NCBI GenBank assembly: GCA_001438145.1
Contig: LICD01000001.1
Span: 197-64,196, forward strand
Direction of reading: 5' to 3'
Length of the DNA: 64,000 nucleotides
Origin: OM182 bacterium BACL3 MAG-120619-bin3
GTDB lineage: Bacteria > Pseudomonadota > Gammaproteobacteria > Pseudomonadales > Pseudohongiellaceae
A program made the translations under genes and the position numbers. The notes beneath the pieces were generated by a model that saw nothing but the letters and a program-made list of their open reading frames with translations, did not search any database and was not told where the DNA came from. The first letter of the stretch is position 1. Every line of letters starts with the position of its first letter. Positions 57,007 through 64,000 of this stretch are shown piece by piece.

Positions 57007-57543
57007 TCACTCACGCAGGGGTGCTATAGCGCGATCTGCAATAGAGGCTAAGGTACTCAGCGTGAGCCCCCACACAAGAAGCTTGCCCCCTGTGCTGATG
57101 ATTTCAGAGAGCATTGTCGGCAATACCTCGAGCGCGGCTAGAGAGAAAAGCACGAGGGGGAAGAAATAGAACACGCCATTCCAGCGCCCCAGAAAGCTCA
57201 TCTTCAGGCTTTTTTGCCTAAACAAAAAGTAGGAATCGAGCACGTATTGTGAAAAAGCCACAACAATCAAAATCGGTAGCAGCGAGCCTATCAGGCCCGC
57301 ATACGCAAGCCCTGCGAGCGCCGAAGTCACGAAGATGAAATCGGTGACATGATCGAAAAGCATGCCTCGGCTAGAAGCCGTGCCAAAGCGGCGCGCGGCG
57401 CGGCCATCGGCGACGTCGCTTGCCATGGCGAGTAAAATGATCGCGACGAGGCTCGCTGCACTCATCACACCGGGCAGCGCAAAGGCCAAAGCAACCGGCG
57501 CTGCTAACGCGAGTCGCAGCGCGGTGAGTAGATTGGCTATCAC
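57007..57543 (-). CDS. CDP-alcohol phosphatidyltransferase family protein
   Basis: The D-x2-DG-x2-AR...G-x3-D-x3-D motif is present (SDVADGRAARRFGTASSRGMLFDHVTDF). Its GTG start overlaps the upstream stop (GTGA). Confidence 0.85.
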   Translation of the reverse strand: MIANLLTALRLALAAPVALAFALPGVMSAASLVAIILLAMASDVADGRAARRFGTASSRGMLFDHVTDFIFVTSALAGLAYAGLIGSLLPILIVVAFSQYVLDSYFLFRQKSLKMSFLGRWNGVFYFFPLVLFSLAALEVLPTMLSEIISTGGKLLVWGLTLSTLASIADRAIAPLRE

Positions 57544-58538
57544 GAGCCAAACAGGTCGCGCTGAGCCTTACGCCAGAAGAGCAGGCCAATCGCTGCATTA
57601 AACAGGATAAAGAAATTGTGCTGCACGAAGCCGAATGCGGCAAGTTGACCTTCATTTTCCGGGAATAAAAACACCCAAAAGGTTATAGCGCCTGCGCGCA
57701 TCGGCGTCGGTGCTGCGGCGGCAAAGAAAATCACTGGCAGCAAGGGCAGAAGCGTCATAATCGACACGTCGACACCAAAGAGATTGAGGGCGATCGTATA
57801 GACTACGATTGCTGCAATAAGCGCCGGCGAACGCAATAAGAAAAACCCAAGGTAGTGACTAGGCTTTGCCTGGCGGAAAGCGTGGAAAATTCGGCGATCG
57901 CGAAATCCATTGGAAGGCAGGATAAGGCCACGGAAATAGGCTATCCACAGCACTAAAAATAGGGCTGCGCCGGATGCGATATAGGGGATGAGGCCGAATT
58001 CGCTCGGCAAAGCATCGCCGCCAACGCTGTAGCCAATCGTCGCCCAAACGAGCAGGTAAAACACCTCACAGAACATGATGAATATCATGACGGATCCGAC
58101 TTCCCAGCTCGGAATTTGATGCCTCTTGTTAAGGTAGAGCGCCATCGCACCTTTGCCGATTTGCTCATTAAAGATCGAGATGATGTAGGCGCTTGCTCTA
58201 ACGGGTGCGATGTCTTTGTATTTAATGTCAGAAATAAACCAATTCAGCGCCTTGGTCACAACGAGTGTGTCGATGGCGAAGTAGAATAGCGAATAGCAGA
58301 TCATCAGCCCGAGCCACGGCACCCAGTTAACCGCGGCGAACACTTGCGCCATGTAATCTGCTAACCCGAGTCCTTCGCGAGCAGCCGCCCCGTTGAGCCG
58401 CGTATAAAGATAGTAAAAACAGACCGCAGTAATGAGCAAAAAGACTATTCGGCCGATGCCGTTTTTCTTCTTGGCGGGCGCAGCCGATTGGTCGTCAGTC
58501 TCTTGATTGATTTCGTTGTCGCTATTCGCTTCGGTCAT
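57540..58538 (-). CDS. UPF0104 / lysylphosphatidylglycerol-synthase-TM-like (flippase-like) membrane protein
   Basis: About 8 TM helices, with a charged N-terminus followed by GRIVFLLITAVCFYYLY. The family call is by overall resemblance. Confidence 0.6.
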   Translation of the reverse strand: MTEANSDNEINQETDDQSAAPAKKKNGIGRIVFLLITAVCFYYLYTRLNGAAAREGLGLADYMAQVFAAVNWVPWLGLMICYSLFYFAIDTLVVTKALNWFISDIKYKDIAPVRASAYIISIFNEQIGKGAMALYLNKRHQIPSWEVGSVMIFIMFCEVFYLLVWATIGYSVGGDALPSEFGLIPYIASGAALFLVLWIAYFRGLILPSNGFRDRRIFHAFRQAKPSHYLGFFLLRSPALIAAIVVYTIALNLFGVDVSIMTLLPLLPVIFFAAAAPTPMRAGAITFWVFLFPENEGQLAAFGFVQHNFFILFNAAIGLLFWRKAQRDLFGS

Positions 58539-58541
58539 TGT

Positions 58542-59435
58542 CTATTTCTCCAGTATTTTTTCGATCGTGCGGTCTAGCGAAGTAAGCGTTACACCCAATT
58601 CGGCAAAGCCATTATGACTTACCTCTTCGTCTTGGGTAATGACGTCGATAACCGTTGGGGTAAAGCCGCCGCCTCTGAGAGTGCTCGTAATTCCTGCCAT
58701 TAGCTTTGTGAAGCCGATCGGTATTGACCCTACCTCGAGGGTCGAGTCGGGATTGATCTTGCGCGCAGTCTTTTTGATGAGATCGCAGTAAGCAATCGCC
58801 TCTGGACCAACCAGTTCATGGCTTGCACACCCCGCCGCCTGTTCTTTACAGGCATTGAAAATCGCTGCGTTGAGGTCGTCAATATCGAGAGGGCGCATTT
58901 TGTAATGGCCGCCACCAAGCGCTTTTGCTTTTGGGTTGCGGGCCGCGCTGGCGAGAGCGCTTGCACCAGCGGTGCCCGGGCCGAGTAATATGGGCGTGCG
59001 GATGATGGTGGCGCTTAAACCTGAGGCAGCGACGAGCGCTTCAGCTTCGCCTTTCGATCGAAAGTAGGCATTACTCGACGCAGGGTCGGCACCGACAACC
59101 GAGATAAACACAACATGCTTCGCGCCAATCTGCTTGGCAGCGTCGACAACCGTGCGGGTTGCGTCGACATTTGCCTCTCGGTATTTGCTGTGTTTTCCCT
59201 CGATTAAGATACCGGCAAGGTGGACGACACAGTCGGCGCCTGCCAAAGCTTGGGCAAGGACTGCGGCATCGTCGTAGCGAATACAGCAGGAGGAAATTTG
59301 AGCGGAGCTCGGCAGCGCATTGCGCGCGCTTTCTGAGCGGACGCCGGCAATAAATTGTAGATCGGGCTGCTGGCCAACTTGCGCGAGAAGATTCATGCCG
59401 ACGCTGCTGTTAGCGCCAGTAATGGCAATTTTCAT
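58542..59435 (-). CDS. NAD(P)H-binding atypical SDR (NmrA/NDUFA9-like)
   Basis: MKIAITGANSSVGMNLL Rossmann motif. No classic YxxxK spacing is obvious. Confidence 0.75.
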   Translation of the reverse strand: MKIAITGANSSVGMNLLAQVGQQPDLQFIAGVRSESARNALPSSAQISSCCIRYDDAAVLAQALAGADCVVHLAGILIEGKHSKYREANVDATRTVVDAAKQIGAKHVVFISVVGADPASSNAYFRSKGEAEALVAASGLSATIIRTPILLGPGTAGASALASAARNPKAKALGGGHYKMRPLDIDDLNAAIFNACKEQAAGCASHELVGPEAIAYCDLIKKTARKINPDSTLEVGSIPIGFTKLMAGITSTLRGGGFTPTVIDVITQDEEVSHNGFAELGVTLTSLDRTIEKILEK

Positions 59436-59495
59436 AGTGTGTTCCTAATGTGTGTTCTGAGTGTGTGCCTTGGCTAGGCGGTGTCTCCATCAGCA

Positions 59496-61994
59496 TTAAG
59501 TGTCTGCTGAGGATTGCTGACCAAGCTTAGTTCGCTGCGTTCTCGCCGCAGGGTCTAAATGAATCGGGGCAAGGCCTGCAGCAAGCTGCGCCCTGTCGCG
59601 TCGCTCTGCGGGCGCGTCGGCATAGAGCGTCGAACGCATTCTAGGCTCACGACCTAGGGCCCGAATTGTCGTCTCTATTTCAGCGGGCGACCATTCTTCG
59701 CCGTGCTCGGCTCCTGCGGCGCGGGTAATGCTTTCATTCATCAGCGAGCCACCGACATCGTTGGCCCCAGCATTAAGGCAGGCTGCTACGCCTTCGCGAC
59801 CCATTTTAACCCATGACGCTTGTATGTTGTCGATGAGGCCGTTAAAGACTAAGCGCGGCACTGCGTGCATCAAGAGAGCCTCGCGGTAACTTGGGCCGCG
59901 GCGTGCTTTTCCTTTTTTGTACATTGGTGCCTCGTGCGCCACAAAGGGCAAGGGTACGAATTCGGTGAAACCGCCTGTCCTGCGCTGCAATTCGGCGATC
60001 GAATAGAGATGTCGCGCGCTGTGCTCGGGGCTCTCGATATGGCCGAACATTATCGTTGCCGTAGTCCTGAAGCCTATTGCATGGGCGCTTTCCATCACTT
60101 CTAACCATTGCGCCGAATTGAGTTTGTCGGGGCACAGGTGCGCCCGCACATCGTCGTGAAGTATTTCAGCTGCAGTACCAGGCAAAGTGTCGAGCCCCGC
60201 ACTTTTTAAGCGCGCTAAAAATTCTGTCAACGGCACGTTAAGCGTTTCGGCGCCTTGCCAGACCTCGAGCGGTGAAAAAGCATGAATGTGCATAGCCGGT
60301 GTTGCTTTTCTCACGGTTGCGATTATGTCGAGATAAGTCTGTCCTGTGTAGTCGGGATGGATTCCACCCTGCATACAGACCTCGGTAGCGCCGCGCTCCC
60401 ATGCTTCGACGCAGCGCCGAGTTATTTCTTCGGCACTTATGTCATAAGGCTTACCGCGCAGATTCTCGCTGCCACTGCCTTTAGAAAAGGCACAGAACTG
60501 ACATTTGAAATAGCAGACGTTGGTGTAATTGATATTGCGGTTAACCACATAGCTCACTGTGTCGCCAGACACCTTTTTGCGCAGCGTGTCTGCGGCCTCA
60601 ATAACGGCGCCAAAGTCGGCGCCGCGGCTACGCAGCAGAGTAGCGATCTCAGTCTCTGCCAAAGGCTCACCTGCTAGGCAGCGCTCGATTAGAGCCGCGA
60701 CAGCGGGTTTTGCTTGTGCGAACGGCAAGCTCAATTCGGTGGAAGGCGCATGCTCGCTAATTCCTGCGATCCACTCATCACGTTTGGCATACCCTTCGCC
60801 ATCACTTTGTTTGCGCGCAGCGGGCTGCACTTTTGGCGAAAGCCATGTGTCTGCTTCTACAAGGTAGCGTGGATAGAGTGTTAAGCGCTGATCGAGATAT
60901 TTACCCGCGCTGCCCGTATCGCGTGCTAGTTGGGCGAGATGCGGCCAAGGCGCCTCAGGATTGACGTGATCGGGGGTTAGCGGCGACACGCCGCCCCAAT
61001 CGTTAATGCCGGCTGCAACCAGTTGCTCTAATACGCCGGGGCTCAAATTGGGCGGTGCTTGAATAGACATCTCGGCACCAAAAATCAATCGGGCGACGGC
61101 GATAGTCCACACCAGTTCTTCTAGATCAGGCTCTGGCGCAAGTGCCATCTTAGTGTGTGGCTTTGCACGAAAATTCTGCACAATGACTTCTTGCAGATGT
61201 CCGTAGCGACGATGCGATGTTCTGAGAGCGAGCAGCGACTCGATGCGCTCTAATCGCGTTTCACCAATGCCTATCAAAATGCCAGACGTAAAAGGCACGC
61301 GCAGTTCGCCGGCGAGATCAAGCGTCGCGAGGCGAGTGATAGGATCTTTGTCCGGCGAGCCATAATGCGGCATACCCTTTTCACAGAGTCGTGTAGAGGC
61401 TGATTCAAGCATGATGCCCATCGACGCGCTCACGTCACGCAAGGCGAGCATTTCGTCGCGGGTAAGATTGCCGGCGTTAATATGTGGTAGCAGCCCAGTC
61501 TCGACAAGCACTCGCCGCGCGACTTCGATCACGTAGTCTATGGTCGTCTTGAAACCTAATGCGGCAAGGCTTTCGCGCGCGGCGCGATAGCGCAATTCTG
61601 GTTTTTCACCGAGCGTGAAAAGCGCTTCTTGACAGCCCAATGCGGCACCAGCTTTGCAGGTCGCTATGACTTCGTCGATCGGCATATACGCCTGAGGAAT
61701 ATGTTTTGGCGTTTGCGCGAAAGTGCAGTAGTGGCAGACATCGCGGCAGAGTTGGGTGAGGGGGATGAACACCTTGCGTGAGTAAGTGACGACATTGCCA
61801 AAGCCTAAATCTCGACAATGCGCCGCTTCTTGGGCGAGTCGTGCGGTGTCTGTGCGGCTGGCAAGCGCGAGTGCTTCTTTATCGCCGAGCACTTTATCGC
61901 CGAGCACTGCATCGCCGCGCACTCCACCGTCGAGTGATCCGTCGCTGTGCGCGTTTTGACCGAGCGCAGTGTCTTCAGGCACGCTTATTTTCAT
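59496..61994 (-). CDS. fbiC: bifunctional FO (7,8-didemethyl-8-hydroxy-5-deazariboflavin) synthase, CofG-CofH fusion
   Basis: Two radical-SAM CxxxCxxC clusters, CRDVCHYCTF in the N-terminal half and CYFKCQFCAF in the C-terminal half. At 832 aa, the length and order match FbiC. Confidence 0.85.
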   Translation of the reverse strand: MKISVPEDTALGQNAHSDGSLDGGVRGDAVLGDKVLGDKEALALASRTDTARLAQEAAHCRDLGFGNVVTYSRKVFIPLTQLCRDVCHYCTFAQTPKHIPQAYMPIDEVIATCKAGAALGCQEALFTLGEKPELRYRAARESLAALGFKTTIDYVIEVARRVLVETGLLPHINAGNLTRDEMLALRDVSASMGIMLESASTRLCEKGMPHYGSPDKDPITRLATLDLAGELRVPFTSGILIGIGETRLERIESLLALRTSHRRYGHLQEVIVQNFRAKPHTKMALAPEPDLEELVWTIAVARLIFGAEMSIQAPPNLSPGVLEQLVAAGINDWGGVSPLTPDHVNPEAPWPHLAQLARDTGSAGKYLDQRLTLYPRYLVEADTWLSPKVQPAARKQSDGEGYAKRDEWIAGISEHAPSTELSLPFAQAKPAVAALIERCLAGEPLAETEIATLLRSRGADFGAVIEAADTLRKKVSGDTVSYVVNRNINYTNVCYFKCQFCAFSKGSGSENLRGKPYDISAEEITRRCVEAWERGATEVCMQGGIHPDYTGQTYLDIIATVRKATPAMHIHAFSPLEVWQGAETLNVPLTEFLARLKSAGLDTLPGTAAEILHDDVRAHLCPDKLNSAQWLEVMESAHAIGFRTTATIMFGHIESPEHSARHLYSIAELQRRTGGFTEFVPLPFVAHEAPMYKKGKARRGPSYREALLMHAVPRLVFNGLIDNIQASWVKMGREGVAACLNAGANDVGGSLMNESITRAAGAEHGEEWSPAEIETTIRALGREPRMRSTLYADAPAERRDRAQLAAGLAPIHLDPAARTQRTKLGQQSSADT
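61878..61922. repeat. 15-bp tandem repeat x3 (tttatcgccgagcac x2, tgcatcgccgcgcac) in the 5' end of fbiC
   Basis: Read directly. It encodes VRGDA-VLGDK-VLGDK, before the catalytic domain begins. Confidence 0.9.
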
Positions 61995-62088
61995 GTGTTA
62001 ACTTTTTGCTCGAAGCCAGGAAGCTTAAGTGTTTTAAGCCCTGTAATCTACCCTACGCGAGCCGGCTCGTATAGGGCGTTAACCTCGA

Positions 62089-63519
62089 TCAATCACTGCT
62101 AACGAGATGATATTGGGTTTGGCGAGGTTGAATATAGCGGAACGTCTCGCCGTCGAAGAAGCCATTCTGTTCGAGTTTCATTTTTAGAGGGTCGTCCCCC
62201 CATTCGGGTAAACTTACCTCTGCGGTAAGTTCGATGGAGTAAGCGGTATTTGGCTGCATCGCATAGTCGCCGCTGCCCGGAACGCCGTCCTGTTTGTCCC
62301 ACATACCAATAGTCGTGCCGGCGGCGTGGCCATGAAGTCCAATGGGGTGAGTGTAAATTATCGGCGTTAATCCACGGCCAATTGCCTGTGCTCTGCTGCG
62401 CGCAAGTATGTCGTTGCCAGTGCGGCCCACCCTGAAATTGGCGGTGAGGATATCTTGGAGTGTGTTGCCTTCGCTAAGCGCCCTCTGAAGGTAGCTCGGC
62501 GCCTCGGTTTCACCTGCTTTGAGAATATACGCGTTCTGCTGCGTGTCTGTTTGTAAGTTCAGATACGTAATACCGAAGTCGATATGCACATGATCGCCCG
62601 GATAGATAATGTCTAACGCCGCACCCTGCGCCATGAGTGCCGCGCTCACCTTTTTAGGCCGCTCGATTTCGATGCTGTTGTGAAACCACGTAGTCAGTCC
62701 CAAGTCATTAACCCGTTGCCGATACCACCACTCTAAATCTTCTGTTGTTGTGATTCCCGGGGTAATCGCTTCTCGCGAGAAGCCCTCGGCGATAATGTCA
62801 TGGGCTATAGCCATGACATCGGCATACGCCGTCATCTCTTTGTCGGTGCGTGTCTCTAACCAGCCCACCGCAACTGGTTCCGATGACACGAGCCTGCTGC
62901 GCAATTCACTCGGCAACGCCGCGCTAAAATCGCGTTGCTCGGAATAGGTGAGACCGTCGGCAAGCGCATAGTCGTTAGAGAAATTCAGCGCGATATTCTT
63001 GGGATTCGCTGCGCTTAGGATCTCGGCAATGCGCGCGTATTGATCAGGTTGTTCTTCTGGATTCCACACGCCAGGAAAAAGATCGCCGACTGCATAGCGC
63101 GCAACAGCCATGCGCTCGACACCGAGTGCCTCGCCACGGTCGATAAACAGCAGCACGGTGCGGCGGCGCGCATTTAGCCAAGTGGCGGGAAGCATGGTTT
63201 TAACAATCGGGTCTTCATTGTATTCGCGGGCGATGAGTACCCACGCTTCAATACCTTCGCGGCGCATAAGTTGCGGCACCAAATTGTCTAGTCGATCGGC
63301 AAGAATCTCGTCTTGTAGTGCCGCGCGTTCGCGCAGAGGTAGAATGCGCTCGGCTATGAGGTCTGCGCTTTGCGCAGTGCTGCTGACAAAGGCCAATAGT
63401 GCCGCAAGAAAAAGAAGGCCCGCTTTGGGTAAGCGCGACCCTGCGATAAAGGCGCGATTTGCCTTAACTTGATTTGCCTTAACTTGATTGGACTTAACTT
63501 GATTAAATAGAGACGACAT
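62089..63519 (-). CDS. secreted M24 family metallopeptidase (Xaa-Pro aminopeptidase-like)
   Basis: ORF trimmed to the ATG at 63519. Signal peptide ...FVSSTAQSADL. Pita-bread metal ligands are plausible in GDHVHIDFG...HPIGLHGHA...YSIEL. Confidence 0.75.
   Translation of the reverse strand: MSSLFNQVKSNQVKANQVKANRAFIAGSRLPKAGLLFLAALLAFVSSTAQSADLIAERILPLRERAALQDEILADRLDNLVPQLMRREGIEAWVLIAREYNEDPIVKTMLPATWLNARRRTVLLFIDRGEALGVERMAVARYAVGDLFPGVWNPEEQPDQYARIAEILSAANPKNIALNFSNDYALADGLTYSEQRDFSAALPSELRSRLVSSEPVAVGWLETRTDKEMTAYADVMAIAHDIIAEGFSREAITPGITTTEDLEWWYRQRVNDLGLTTWFHNSIEIERPKKVSAALMAQGAALDIIYPGDHVHIDFGITYLNLQTDTQQNAYILKAGETEAPSYLQRALSEGNTLQDILTANFRVGRTGNDILARSRAQAIGRGLTPIIYTHPIGLHGHAAGTTIGMWDKQDGVPGSGDYAMQPNTAYSIELTAEVSLPEWGDDPLKMKLEQNGFFDGETFRYIQPRQTQYHLVSSD
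63456..63504. repeat. 15-bp tandem repeat x3.3 (gatttgccttaactt x2, gattggacttaactt, gatt) in the 5' end of the M24 peptidase gene
   Basis: Read directly. It encodes NQVKS-NQVKA-NQVKA-N immediately after the start codon. Confidence 0.9.
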
Positions 63520-63588
63520 AACTATCTTCCTTTGGCTGGCCGCACTGAGAAGCTTGCTACGCAAGCAAGATAACCCTAGTTAACTCGC

Positions 63589-63624
63589 GAGCTACATCGA
63601 GAGCTACATCGAGAGCTACTTCGC
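63589..63624. repeat. 12-bp tandem repeat x3 (gagctacatcga x2, gagctacttcgc) spanning the stop codon of the hotdog gene
   Basis: Read directly. Confidence 0.85.
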
Positions 63625-64000
63625 GGCAATACTAAAAATGGCGGTGTGTTCTGCTTCGAAGACGAGGTCATCTTGCGAAAACATGGCGATATACAGACGA
63701 ATGAACTGGTGTCCTTTGCGTTCCCATCGCTCGATTGGGCGACAATCGACGGTGATCGCCTCGCCTACTTTTATTGCTCTTATCATACTGCCTACGGTGC
63801 CGACATGAATCCATGCAGGTAACACGTAAAGCCGCATCAATGCCCGGTTACAAGTGTCGAGAAGAAAATAGGGGTGAATTAGCGCGCCCGCGCCGCGATA
63901 GCACGCGGCCGGATCCCTCTGGGCTTCGACATGGCGGTCATTGTCTTCCTTTGATGGGGTCCAATGCCAGGTTGGTGCAGCGCGCTCTAAGTGAATAACA
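63616..64000 (-). CDS. MaoC-like/hotdog-fold protein, 5'-truncated by the window edge
   Basis: The ORF track starts at 63840. By manual translation the frame stays open upstream to the window end (...APTWHWTPSKEDNDRHVEAQRDPAACYRGAGALIHPYFLLDTCNRALMRLYV...). Confidence 0.55.
   Translation of the reverse strand, partial: VIHLERAAPTWHWTPSKEDNDRHVEAQRDPAACYRGAGALIHPYFLLDTCNRALMRLYVLPAWIHVGTVGSMIRAIKVGEAITVDCRPIERWERKGHQFIRLYIAMFSQDDLVFEAEHTAIFSIAAK

Overview
This 64-kb window is densely coding chromosome from a Gram-negative bacterium. Protein content suggests a marine gammaproteobacterium, but that is inference only. I support about 55 CDS. I saw no rRNA, tRNA, CRISPR array, integrase, transposase or prophage signature. 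Recognisable blocks, in order: secreted NHL and FG-GAP beta-propellers; an MltB-type transglycosylase; ctaA with a saccharopine-dehydrogenase-like gene; a porin and a membrane-bound AraC regulator; cysE; a large hybrid histidine kinase that looks AT-richer than its neighbours; feoAB and divergent bfd-bfr sharing a Fur box; a phosphate supercluster (ppx, ppk, Pho box, pstS-pstCAB-phoU, convergent phoR); an OmpA-family protein, ubiC and rpoS; a CoA-transferase; a YtrA-type GntR/ABC operon; an oxidoreductase, two SDRs and an acyl-CoA dehydrogenase; copCD plus two degenerate CopC-like paralogs; nfsA; then a nine-gene minus-strand run (fbiC, a three-gene lipid-type module, an M20 peptidase, SURF1, a cytochrome c/PHM-like fusion and its partner). 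I found no clear defence or mobile system. The best candidate for an undescribed system is the pair at 52106-54519: a c-type-heme domain fused to a peptidylglycine-monooxygenase-like copper domain, plus a secreted protein of unknown function, in a copper-handling neighbourhood. The strongest directly visible anomaly is an 11-bp tandem duplication that frameshifts pstS. A recurring theme is short 9/12/15/18-bp tandem repeats at or near the 5' ends of several genes. All functional calls come from motif recognition by eye; no database search was run.
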